Shown: positions 52,588-61,225 of the stretch, in pieces
Position numbering within the stretch: the first letter of the stretch is position 1
Layout of the letters: the number at the start of each line of letters is the position of its first letter
Assembly: GCA_030424665.1 (NCBI GenBank)
Contig: JAUHWN010000003.1
Location: 6,996-70,995 of the forward strand
Source: Bdellovibrionia bacterium
GTDB lineage: Bacteria > Bdellovibrionota > Bdellovibrionia > Bdellovibrionales > JAGQZY01
Direction of reading: 5' to 3'
Length of the DNA stretch: 64,000 nt
Program-made: the position numbers and the translations under genes
Notes under the pieces: generated by a model
Told to the model about the DNA's origin: nothing
The model's database searches: none
What the model saw: only the letters and a program-made list of their open reading frames with translations

Positions 52588-53100
52588 ATGCGAGCACTGA
52601 TTTTTTGTATTAGTCTTCTTGCCGCCAATTATGCGCAAGCTACTGGCAAAGAGCTGATATTGTCTGTATTAAAAAATGATATGGGTAAAGTCGAATCCCT
52701 GATTTCTGCAGGTATAGACGTTAATTATGCCAATAAAAAGGGCATAACTCCTTTAATGCTGGCTGCTCTGAGTGGAAACTTAACAATCGTTAAGTACCTT
52801 GTTTCAAAGGGAGCGGACTTAAATAAGAAAGATGATAAAGGAAATACAGCTTTTCACGCCGCTTGTCGGGTGGGGCACAAAGATGTAATTGCTGAGTTTC
52901 TCGATAAGGGTGTCGACATTAATTCGGTCAATAAAAAGGGTTCAACCTGCCTTTTTCTTTCGGCCCAGGCTGGAAAAGTCGAGGCCATTGATTTGCTGAT
53001 TTCTAGGGGTGCTGACAAGTCCCTAAAAAATGTAACGGGCTTAACTCCTAAAGAAGCTGCTAGCATGTCTAATCATTCAGAGGCAGCCTCGAAACTTTAG
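52588..53100 (+). CDS. Secreted ankyrin-repeat protein (paralogue 2)
   Basis: 170 aa with signal peptide MRALIFCISLLAANYAQA. It is colinear with, and roughly half identical to, the upstream ankyrin protein, including the C-terminal LTPKEAASMSNHS. Confidence 0.85.
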   Translation: MRALIFCISLLAANYAQATGKELILSVLKNDMGKVESLISAGIDVNYANKKGITPLMLAALSGNLTIVKYLVSKGADLNKKDDKGNTAFHAACRVGHKDVIAEFLDKGVDINSVNKKGSTCLFLSAQAGKVEAIDLLISRGADKSLKNVTGLTPKEAASMSNHSEAASKL

Positions 53101-53785
53101 CCCCACAAAGAACATCTTCTCCAGTTTCAAAAACGAAGATCTGTGTTCTTGCCAAAATCATTACCAAAGCAAGACCAAGGATGACCGCTTTCAAATAGGT
53201 GAGGCTCTTGTGACTCACTTTGTTCTTAACAAATGAAAATAGGTAAGATTGATAACTGAAAATCGGAATTGTGCCAAACCAGAAGGCGATAATTAATAGC
53301 AGTGAATAGTTAAATTTCAATGAGAAGGTTATTAGGAGTACAAGGTAAAAATAAGAACAAGGAAGTAAAAGGCTAAACAAACCGAAGAGAAATGGCCTTG
53401 ATTTTCGCCTTTTGATAACTTGATTTTGTGCCGCCTTTTTGAGGTTAATGAATAACTCTGACTTTGCAAGTTTTCGACTCGATAGCCAAAACAAAAGAAG
53501 AGTTGATAAAATCGCTAAAAGACCCAACCAAGGGTAAGAATGACTCCATTGAAATAATTGTGTTCCCATCAAAGAGAATAAACTGGCGGCTATAAGATAG
53601 GCTAGAAGTCGACCTAAGTGGTAGATAAAAAATCCATTCTTCGTGGTTGAAGTATTTGCCAATGAGAAAAGTGGGCCGCACATGATTCCACAGTGGAGAC
53701 TCGAGAATATTCCTAAAATCACCATTGTAAGCGGTAGCAGAAAAAAAGGAATTTGGGAGCTAAGATTGAGGATAAGGTCCGGCAA
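53069..53785 (-). CDS. DsbD_2 / TauE-SafE-like membrane protein associated with the cco cluster
   Basis: 238 aa polytopic protein with the Cys motif SLHCGIMCGPLF in the first helix. It lies immediately downstream of ccoG. Family call is from memory of cco-linked genes. Confidence 0.55.
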   Translation of the reverse strand: MPDLILNLSSQIPFFLLPLTMVILGIFSSLHCGIMCGPLFSLANTSTTKNGFFIYHLGRLLAYLIAASLFSLMGTQLFQWSHSYPWLGLLAILSTLLLFWLSSRKLAKSELFINLKKAAQNQVIKRRKSRPFLFGLFSLLLPCSYFYLVLLITFSLKFNYSLLLIIAFWFGTIPIFSYQSYLFSFVKNKVSHKSLTYLKAVILGLALVMILARTQIFVFETGEDVLCGAKVSRLPLND

Positions 53786-55205
53786 TTTTTAACTCTCTTG
53801 TTTTATAGATGACTTTTGAATCAAAATCGATGATTTCAACTTTAACTCGTATGTCTTTCATTTCGTTAAAGGCTTCAGCCCGAGTTCGAATAAAGAAGGG
53901 TGCTCTTTGGCTTTTCTTCGTATCAACAGTTAAGTTTTGTAATGGAAAAATAAGTTCAGCATGAGCTGGGCTATTTTGAATTCGTGCGATCAGCTTATGG
54001 GGTTTGTGACTCTGATTTTTTATATTAATGCTAAATTGATTGAGGACAAACTTTTGCCCTTGTTCTTCAACGATCTGAAACGGGCTGTTTTTAGTTCGAG
54101 TGACGTGTATTGCAAGATCAGTTCTTCCACCGATCGCAATGGTCGCTCCTACAATTATGACTAATAGTAAGATCCCATAACCAAAGACACGTGGAGAAAG
54201 TAATTTGCTCGGTATCTTTTTTAAGTCATTGATTGAGGCATAGCGAATAAGTCCTTTGGGCCGATTGAGTTTTGTCATAATTTCATCACATGCATCGATA
54301 CAACGAGTACAGGCAATACACTCAAGTTGTTGTCCTCGTCTTATATCAATACCTGTCGGGCAAACTGAGACGCATTTAAAACAGTCAACACAATCCCCAG
54401 CATTTGGGTCCGATTTTTTTCCTCGAGGTTCGCCACGATTGTAGTCATAGGTTACCGTTTTACTGTTTTCATCCATGAGGACGGACTGAAAGCGACCATA
54501 AGGGCACATGATGATACAGAATTGTTCTCTGAACCATCCAAAGTCGAAGAGGATAACTCCAGTAATAAAGGCCATTATCACAAAAACGGTCCAGCTTTCG
54601 GCAGGAGGAGCACTCATCATATGAAATAGGTTTTCTCGACCCACGAAGTAGGCCACAAGGGTATGACTGATCACCAGTGATAGAAAGAGAAAGAGTCCCC
54701 ACTTAGTTGAAAGCAAAAAGAATTTTTTAAGATTCATCTCTTGCTTGTAGAATTTAATTTGCTTTTGCCGGTTCCCTAAAAGCAGCTGCTCAATTCCTCT
54801 AAAAATAGTTTCAATAAACACTGTTTGTGGGCAGGCCCACCCACACCAAACGCGCCCCCACAGTGCTGTGACCAAAGCCAGTACTAAAGCTCCTCCACCC
54901 AAAATAAAAAATACCTTTGGTGCATCATGGGCAAAAAAGATAAGACCGAAAAAGTTAAAGACACGATCAGGGATATTAAAGAGAAGTGCTTGCTCACCAT
55001 TAATTTCTATCCAGGGAAGAGCAAAAAGGACAAAGATGAGAAAGATATGCATGAGTCGTCTTTTATTCTTCCAGAAGCCAGAAACTTCAGCTGGGATAAT
55101 GTTGACGTGATCTCCGTGTTCATCGGTGGTGGAGAGTCTTTCTTCGGGTAGGTTTCTAAAATCTAATTGACTCATCTTCTTTAACTTTCTCGAAGTGGAC
55201 CCCAT
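53760..55205 (-). CDS. ccoG: cbb3 oxidase accessory protein CcoG/FixG (4Fe-4S ferredoxin-type)
   Basis: 481 aa with TM helices. Motifs: CGWACPQTVF and CIIMCPYGRFQS. Two ferredoxin clusters are present (CVDCFKCVSVCPTGIDIR, CIACTRCIDACD). An alternative start is at 55175. Confidence 0.88.
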   Translation of the reverse strand: MGSTSRKLKKMSQLDFRNLPEERLSTTDEHGDHVNIIPAEVSGFWKNKRRLMHIFLIFVLFALPWIEINGEQALLFNIPDRVFNFFGLIFFAHDAPKVFFILGGGALVLALVTALWGRVWCGWACPQTVFIETIFRGIEQLLLGNRQKQIKFYKQEMNLKKFFLLSTKWGLFLFLSLVISHTLVAYFVGRENLFHMMSAPPAESWTVFVIMAFITGVILFDFGWFREQFCIIMCPYGRFQSVLMDENSKTVTYDYNRGEPRGKKSDPNAGDCVDCFKCVSVCPTGIDIRRGQQLECIACTRCIDACDEIMTKLNRPKGLIRYASINDLKKIPSKLLSPRVFGYGILLLVIIVGATIAIGGRTDLAIHVTRTKNSPFQIVEEQGQKFVLNQFSINIKNQSHKPHKLIARIQNSPAHAELIFPLQNLTVDTKKSQRAPFFIRTRAEAFNEMKDIRVKVEIIDFDSKVIYKTRELKIAGPYPQS

Positions 55206-55224
55206 GTGAGGCCCACGAGTTCAC

Positions 55225-55836
55225 TTAATTGAAGCTGACTTCATTGCCTTCAGGCGCTTTAGGATTCGTTGGACTGGAGCCTTGAATTGAGCGAATGTAG
55301 ATAGTTACATTCTGTACTTGCTCATTATCAAGGACGGCCTCCCAAGGGGGCATACCGGTTCCTGCGATTCCGGATCGAACGACGCTCGCAATATTTCCCA
55401 TGCTCACATCATCCATTTTCCAAAAGTTATCGGCGAGGTTGGGGCCAATCAATCCGCCACCGTCGGGTCCATGGCAGGAGGCGCAGTAGGTGCCGAAGAC
55501 AACTTTTCCTTTTTCGACAAGGGAAGAGTCTGAGGCGAGTTTAATAAACTCTTCTTCAGGAAGTGTTTTTCGTTTCGCCTTAGCATCGGCCCGCATCTTA
55601 TCTATTTTTTGAGCACCTTGGGCGATTTGTTCATTCAGAGACATTCCTCCGCCATCGAGGTGGTAATGGATAAAATAAATGAAGCTGAAAATTATTGCTC
55701 CAAAGAAGGTCCAAAGCCACCACATGGGTAGTGGATTGTCGAGTTCTCTAATTCCGTCGTAATCGTGGTCGAGTAAAAGACTTTTTTCGTCGTCGAGAAC
55801 TTTTACATCTTTATCTTCAAATTGATCATTACTCAT
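55225..55836 (-). CDS. ccoP: cbb3-type cytochrome c oxidase subunit CcoP, short single-heme form
   Basis: 203 aa. It has the N-terminal CcoP block DHDYDGIRELDNPLPMWWLWTFF and a single CxxCH (CASCH) with GMPPW. Confidence 0.8.
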   Translation of the reverse strand: MSNDQFEDKDVKVLDDEKSLLLDHDYDGIRELDNPLPMWWLWTFFGAIIFSFIYFIHYHLDGGGMSLNEQIAQGAQKIDKMRADAKAKRKTLPEEEFIKLASDSSLVEKGKVVFGTYCASCHGPDGGGLIGPNLADNFWKMDDVSMGNIASVVRSGIAGTGMPPWEAVLDNEQVQNVTIYIRSIQGSSPTNPKAPEGNEVSFN

Positions 55837-55837
55837 A

Positions 55838-56005
55838 TTAGTTGTCCTCGCTTTTTAAAGGTAACTCACTCAAATCTTTAAAGTGCTTGCGATTCGATTT
55901 TTTAAAAATCCAAACAATGGTGCCAAAAAATACGGCCATAAAAATGAGCATTGCAATAACGTTTAAATATCCCAAGGTGAAATACGAAAATGCTTCTTGT
56001 TTCAT
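55838..56005 (-). CDS. ccoQ: cbb3 oxidase small subunit CcoQ/FixQ-like (55 aa, below ORF-track cutoff)
   Basis: Hand translation gives MKQEAFSYFTLGYLNVIAMLIFMAVFFGTIVWIFKKSNRKHFKDLSELPLKSEDN. This is one TM followed by an xSNRKxF...PL..ED tail, as in FixQ. GAGG lies upstream, and the gene sits between ccoNO and ccoP. Confidence 0.6.
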   Translation of the reverse strand: MKQEAFSYFTLGYLNVIAMLIFMAVFFGTIVWIFKKSNRKHFKDLSELPLKSEDN

Positions 56006-58215
56006 TCCTCACCTCCGCTCTTTGAATTTGAACGAGCAGATTGAACAACCTCTGAAGAACCCGATGGGGCTCCAGATACTTCTGCTGAACCCACGCTCGT
56101 CTTTTGACCGAGAGCTTGTAAATAGGCAATAAGGGCTACGATCTGCTTATTTTCTAAACCCTTAGGTGCCCCTTTTTCTTCGAGAAATGCAGCAATTTCT
56201 TTGGCCTGTTCCTCGGCGTGTTTATCTGCATTTCCAACTTCATCATCTGAGTAGGGCACACCCAACTGTTTTAGGACTGAGAGTTTTTTGCGGATGTGCA
56301 TGAAATCGACTTTTTTCTCTGCGAGCCAGGGGTAGGGTGGCATAATTGATTTATCAACCATTGAGCGTGGGTCGATCATGTGACTGTAGTGCCACATGTG
56401 ATCGTACTTCTTGCCCACTCGAGCTAGATCCGGACCAGTGCGCTTGGAACCCCACTGAAATGGATGGTCGTACATGGATTCAGCGATGGTCGAGGCAGCA
56501 CCGTAGCGAGCATAGTCGGATTCGTGCTTAAGGATTTGTTGAGAGTGGCAGACGTAACAGCCCTCTTTGACGTAGATGTCTCTACCCTCTTGTTCAAGGG
56601 CGGTAAACGGAAGCGTTTTTACATCTTGTGGAACGTACTTGTGAATAGAAAGAGTCGGAACAATTTCAATCACAGAGCCAACTAGAACAGCGAGAAAGGC
56701 GAGAACAGAAAATAATCCAGCCATTCCCTCTAGTCTTCTATGGGGAGCCTCGCCTTCAGAAGATGTAGGAACGAGAGCGTAGGCTTGGTATGTCTTTTCT
56801 TCGACATTCTTAGGAGCTTTTTGAAAGGTTTTAATGACATTGTAAACCATGATGAGGTAACCGGCGATGTAGAGAAGTCCGCCAAAGGCTCTGACATAAT
56901 ACAGAGGCATAATGTTCATAACTGTTTCTACGAACTCATAAACAGGATATCCGTTTTCACCGATTTCCTTCCACATAAGACCTTGGGTAATTCCAGCAGA
57001 AACCATTGAGATGTAGTAAGTGAGAACACCAATCAGTGCGACCCAGAAGTGGTAGTTCATCAACTTCTTGCTGTACATTTCTGTTTGCAGAAGTTTTGGT
57101 AAAATATAGTAGACCATTCCAAAAGTCAGAAGGCCATTCCAACCGAGGGCTCCGGAATGAACGTGCCCAATAATCCAATCGGTGTAGTGGGCAAGAAGAC
57201 TGACAGACTTGATAGATAGAAGTGGGCCTTCAAAAGTACTCATGCCGTAGAAGGTAACGGCGGCGATGAGAAACTTAATAATGGGTTCTTCTCTTAATAA
57301 GTGCCAAGCGCCCCGTAACGTGAGAAGACCGTTGATCATGCCACCCCAGCTCGGTGCCCAAAGCATTAAACTAAAAACCATCCCCAGTGTTTGTGCCCAC
57401 TCAGGAAGGGAAGTGTTGAGAAGGTGGTGGGGGCCCGCCCAAATGTAAATAAAAACAAGTGACCAAAAGTGAACGATCGAAAGGCGATAGGAGTAGATGG
57501 GGCGTCCGGCGGCCTTAGGAATATAGTAGTACATGAGGCCAAGAAATGGTGTGGTTAAAAAGAAGGCAACGGCATTGTGCCCGTACCACCATTGAACTAG
57601 AGCATCTTGAATTCCTGCATAGACGGGGTAGCTCTGCAGAAAACTCACTGGAATTTCAATAGAGTTTACTACGTGGAGAAGGCCTACTGTGAGGATCGTC
57701 GCTATGTAAAACCAAATAGATACATAGATGTGCTTCTCACGCCTTTTCGCAAGAGTTGCAAAAAAGTTGATTCCAAAAATGACCCAAACAACTGTGATCA
57801 TCAAGTCGATCGGCCATTCTAACTCCGCATATTCTTTACTCTGTGAAAAACCGAGAGGGAGAGTCACTGCCGCTGCTAAGATGATCGACTGCCATCCCCA
57901 AAAATGGATTCGACTAATTTTATCGGACCACATTCTCGTCTTTAAAAGTCTTTGCGAGGAATGGTAAATTCCTGCAAAAATAGCATTTCCAGCAAAGGCA
58001 AAGATTGCCGCGTTGGTATGCAGGGGGCGAATGCGGCTAAAGGTTAGCCATTCTAAGTTGAAGTTCAATTGCCAGAATGCCATCTGAAGTGCTGCCAAAA
58101 GGCCAACGAGAAAGGCAGTTCCTGCCCAAACCATTGTTGCAATCAGAAACATCCTTACAATCTTGTCGTCGTATTTAAAGCTCTCGAGCTTACCTTCCAT
58201 TTTCCTCTCCATCAT
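56002..58215 (-). CDS. ccoNO: Fused cbb3-type cytochrome c oxidase subunits I and II (CcoN-CcoO)
   Basis: 737 aa. The N-terminal ~480 aa are the polytopic heme-copper subunit (HFWSLVFIYIWAGPHH, GHVHSGALGW). The C-terminal part has the CcoO anchor helix, the heme motif CYVCHSQ and YDHPFQWGSKRTGPDLARVGKKY...WHYSHMIDPR. Confidence 0.9.
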   Translation of the reverse strand: MMERKMEGKLESFKYDDKIVRMFLIATMVWAGTAFLVGLLAALQMAFWQLNFNLEWLTFSRIRPLHTNAAIFAFAGNAIFAGIYHSSQRLLKTRMWSDKISRIHFWGWQSIILAAAVTLPLGFSQSKEYAELEWPIDLMITVVWVIFGINFFATLAKRREKHIYVSIWFYIATILTVGLLHVVNSIEIPVSFLQSYPVYAGIQDALVQWWYGHNAVAFFLTTPFLGLMYYYIPKAAGRPIYSYRLSIVHFWSLVFIYIWAGPHHLLNTSLPEWAQTLGMVFSLMLWAPSWGGMINGLLTLRGAWHLLREEPIIKFLIAAVTFYGMSTFEGPLLSIKSVSLLAHYTDWIIGHVHSGALGWNGLLTFGMVYYILPKLLQTEMYSKKLMNYHFWVALIGVLTYYISMVSAGITQGLMWKEIGENGYPVYEFVETVMNIMPLYYVRAFGGLLYIAGYLIMVYNVIKTFQKAPKNVEEKTYQAYALVPTSSEGEAPHRRLEGMAGLFSVLAFLAVLVGSVIEIVPTLSIHKYVPQDVKTLPFTALEQEGRDIYVKEGCYVCHSQQILKHESDYARYGAASTIAESMYDHPFQWGSKRTGPDLARVGKKYDHMWHYSHMIDPRSMVDKSIMPPYPWLAEKKVDFMHIRKKLSVLKQLGVPYSDDEVGNADKHAEEQAKEIAAFLEEKGAPKGLENKQIVALIAYLQALGQKTSVGSAEVSGAPSGSSEVVQSARSNSKSGGEE

Positions 58216-58369
58216 CTATAAGGATTTCGTCTTCTTCATCATTTAAAATTCGCCACTTTGGCGAATACAGGTCAGAAAATTGATTGTGATCGGCAGCCCA
58301 AAAAAAGGCATAGATAAACGAGCCTGCCAATATCACTGAGAGGGCGAGCATTACATAGATAATTTCCAC
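58190..58369 (-). CDS. ccoS: cbb3 oxidase maturation protein CcoS/FixS-like (59 aa, below ORF-track cutoff)
   Basis: Hand translation from the GTG at 58369, after AAGGAGGG, gives (M)EIIYVMLALSVILAGSFIYAFFWAADHNQFSDLYSPKWRILNDEEDEILIDDGEENGR. This is one TM plus an FxWAxxxxQFxDL motif and an acidic tail. It lies between ccoI and ccoNO and overlaps both. Confidence 0.65.
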   Translation of the reverse strand: MEIIYVMLALSVILAGSFIYAFFWAADHNQFSDLYSPKWRILNDEEDEILIDDGEENGR

Positions 58370-60474
58370 TGACCCTCCTTCATTCTATAAAAACTAAACA
58401 TAATTACTAAAATTGAACTCATAGGCATGAGCAGTGCTGCGACAAGAGGAGTAATATAACCCATCAAAGCGAGTACTGCGCAAACTACATTGTAGCTAAT
58501 TGAAAAGAGGCTCAACCAGGTGAGCGTTTTAATTATGTGATGGCTGAGTGCGAAGACTTGTGGAATGTGCTTGATTTGGTTGTTGAGTAGTACGATGTCG
58601 GCTGTTTGTAATAGCTTTTCGATAGGACCGGCCATGGCAACGGAGACGTGAGAAGCCGCAAGCGCAACGCTATCGTTAATTCCATCGCCAATCATCATTT
58701 CTTTGCCTGAATGTCTTTTGATGATCTGGAGCTTTTCTTCAGGAGAAAGTTCAGAATAATACTTATCTATTCCGAGGTTCTCGCCAGTGAATGCGACACT
58801 TTTTTCATGATCACCACTTAAAATATAAGATTCAAGTTTGATTTTCTTTAAATACTCGACACTCTTTTTGGATTGATCCCGCAATTCATCTTCGAGACTA
58901 AATCGACAAATAAGGTCTTCGTTTGCATAAAAGTCGACGACATTATTATTATCCTCGATCGCATTTGAGTCGGCCCTGCGAACTGAATACTGGATCCCTG
59001 CATATTCACCAAAAACACCCTTTCCCAACTCTTCGTGCACCGGAAACTCTTGGCGTGAAAAAAATCGAATATCTTGGCTATCGGTTTTGAGATGGCGAAT
59101 AAGGGCTTGAGCCACCGGGTGTTGGCTATGACTTTCTAGGTGAAGGAGGATCTGCTTCTGTGCTTCTTCGAGCGGATTTGACTGTTCGATCACCTTGAGT
59201 TGGCCTTGGGTCAACGTACCGGTCTTGTCGAAAAATATGTTTTTTACTTCAGAGATTTTTTCGAAAATGTCGGCACTTCTAACCAGTAGCTCTAGATTGC
59301 GAGCTCTCTGTAGACCTAAGCTGAGAACGAGTGGAAATCCAAATGCAAGGGCGCAAGGGCAGGCGACAACGAGAAGAGCGAGGGTGCGGTCGAAAGCGGC
59401 GAGTTGATCTCCTATGAGCATAAAATAGCTAAATCCAGCCAAAGAGAGAAGGAGGACTCCAATTGTAAAGTTCTGTCCTAAGCGATCGATAAAGCTCACA
59501 AAATTTGAGCGATCGAGTTTTAACTGAATCGAATCATTCAGAATTTGACCAATCCGCGTTTGATCTTTAAGTGAAGAGACTTTGTAAGTGAGTTGTGGAC
59601 TGAGCAACTGCGTGCCGGCATATATAGGAGAGCCCGGTCCTACCAGATAGGGAGTGGATTCACCAGTAAGCAAACTTTGGTTAACGTAAACTGAAGCGGT
59701 CCCCATGCGACCATCCCCCGGGATAATTTGATCTTGCAGCACTTGAATTTCATCCTCAGGGCCGAGTTCTGAGGCTTTTTTCTGTATCCAGCCCGCTTCA
59801 GTTTTTACTTTGTAAGAATAATGATCGGGAATGATTTGTACTTTTGACTCCAAGAGTGCCTTGGCTTGAAATTTTTTAAGAAAGAAACGTCCTATTAAAA
59901 GTAAGAAAATAAGGTTGGCAATAGAGTCGAAGTAAATTCCCTCGGATCCGGCCAGTAGATTATAAAGGCTCAACAGGGTTCCCAAGCCGAGAGCAACCAC
60001 AATTGGCGTATCAATACTGGCTTCTCGTCTTTTGAGACTCGCCCAAAAGCCATTGAAAAAAGTTTGTCCAGAATAGAGAAGGCTTGGAAGCAAAAATAAA
60101 AAGCTCCCCCAGTTAAAGAGCTGGGCAAAGGAGCCCTCAGCTCCCGTGTAGACGGCGCTTGAAAAAAGCATAATGTTCCCGGCACTAAAGCCGGCGACAG
60201 CGAGTTTTTTTAACTCTCTCTTATGCTCTTTTCGTTCCTGGTTATCCTTATCTGTGAGCTGGATTTCGCGACTGGGATGCCCCAGTCTTTCAAAGTGCTC
60301 AGTGAGGTCGTGACATATTTTCTCATTCTCGGCCTTAAGTTTAAGCTGGCCAGTGGCAATATTGAGATCAAAAGACTGAATACCAGAAAAGTTCTGTGCC
60401 TCTTTCTCCAGTTTAAACGCACACTTAGGGCATGATATATTCTCGAGCTGATAAGTTCTCAATTGATTTTCCAT
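58351..60474 (-). CDS. ccoI: Copper-translocating P1B-type ATPase CcoI/FixI
   Basis: 707 aa. N-terminal metal-binding-like motif CPKC, TM motif CPC (VVACPCALAF), phosphorylation site DKTGTLT, and hinge GDGINDS. Confidence 0.88.
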   Translation of the reverse strand: MENQLRTYQLENISCPKCAFKLEKEAQNFSGIQSFDLNIATGQLKLKAENEKICHDLTEHFERLGHPSREIQLTDKDNQERKEHKRELKKLAVAGFSAGNIMLFSSAVYTGAEGSFAQLFNWGSFLFLLPSLLYSGQTFFNGFWASLKRREASIDTPIVVALGLGTLLSLYNLLAGSEGIYFDSIANLIFLLLIGRFFLKKFQAKALLESKVQIIPDHYSYKVKTEAGWIQKKASELGPEDEIQVLQDQIIPGDGRMGTASVYVNQSLLTGESTPYLVGPGSPIYAGTQLLSPQLTYKVSSLKDQTRIGQILNDSIQLKLDRSNFVSFIDRLGQNFTIGVLLLSLAGFSYFMLIGDQLAAFDRTLALLVVACPCALAFGFPLVLSLGLQRARNLELLVRSADIFEKISEVKNIFFDKTGTLTQGQLKVIEQSNPLEEAQKQILLHLESHSQHPVAQALIRHLKTDSQDIRFFSRQEFPVHEELGKGVFGEYAGIQYSVRRADSNAIEDNNNVVDFYANEDLICRFSLEDELRDQSKKSVEYLKKIKLESYILSGDHEKSVAFTGENLGIDKYYSELSPEEKLQIIKRHSGKEMMIGDGINDSVALAASHVSVAMAGPIEKLLQTADIVLLNNQIKHIPQVFALSHHIIKTLTWLSLFSISYNVVCAVLALMGYITPLVAALLMPMSSILVIMFSFYRMKEGQWKLSM

Positions 60475-60780
60475 TTATTCCTCACAACCTCCACAGAGCA
60501 GGGAGTGAACCAGCCGTTCTTAAATGTATTCGCCCTAGAGATTATCTTCGAGACAAGATGGCTCATATAAGGAGGATTACAAGGGACAGTTTTTTCCCAT
60601 AATTAAAAATCCTGAGACATGCTTGTAATTTTAACAATAAAACCAAGTTGGTTTTCTTCTAACCATAAGATCTTCTTATGGGAAGGTGCTCTAAAATCAA
60701 CTGATTCCACTTTGGAACCAGTTTCCCTTTGACGGTCTAAGAAAAATTTAGTTTAAAGATTCGACCTGGAGGGGGTTCAT

Positions 60781-61173
60781 ATGAAAAATATTTTTCTTAC
60801 AATTATTCTGTCACTTTTTGTAGGGACTGGATTTGCCCACGAATTAAGCTCCGACGGAATTGGTTTCTCGGTCAGTGAAGGAAACCTAAAAGGTGAACTT
60901 GTCATGAAAGTGCAAGATTTAACCAAACAACCAACTCTTTGTGATTATACCTTCGACTCTTTTAAGTATGTCGAGTCTTTGAAAGCTCTCCTTATTGATG
61001 TTTCTAGAGAGCAATGTGGATTGGAAGCCGAGGGAATCGGTCATGGTCAAATGACCTGGAGACTTCCAATGGCCTTGCGTGGATATTCTGAGCTCAAGGT
61101 GGTTCTTAATGGTGTCGTTATTGGCTCTATTGTTTCGGGTCCACGAGAAAATAAGTTAGTTCAAGAGCAATAA
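60781..61173 (+). CDS. Small secreted hypothetical protein
   Basis: 130 aa with a GGAGGGGG RBS and signal peptide MKNIFLTIILSLFVGTGFA. Confidence 0.5.
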   Translation: MKNIFLTIILSLFVGTGFAHELSSDGIGFSVSEGNLKGELVMKVQDLTKQPTLCDYTFDSFKYVESLKALLIDVSREQCGLEAEGIGHGQMTWRLPMALRGYSELKVVLNGVVIGSIVSGPRENKLVQEQ

Positions 61174-61225
61174 AGAGAAGGTTTCGAGGGGATAGATAGT
61201 GAATCAAATTTTAGGGGGAAATAAA

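Noticed and set aside
60623-60681. Two sites lie in the ccoI upstream region: an FNR/CRP-like imperfect inverted repeat TTGTAATTTTAACAA (60623-60637), and a perfect 8-bp-arm palindrome CCATAAGA-TCT-TCTTATGG (60663-60681).
   Set aside because: The first deviates from TTGAT-N4-ATCAA at several positions. An 8+8 palindrome is expected about once by chance in 64 kb. Neither can be called a regulatory site without comparative or experimental data.
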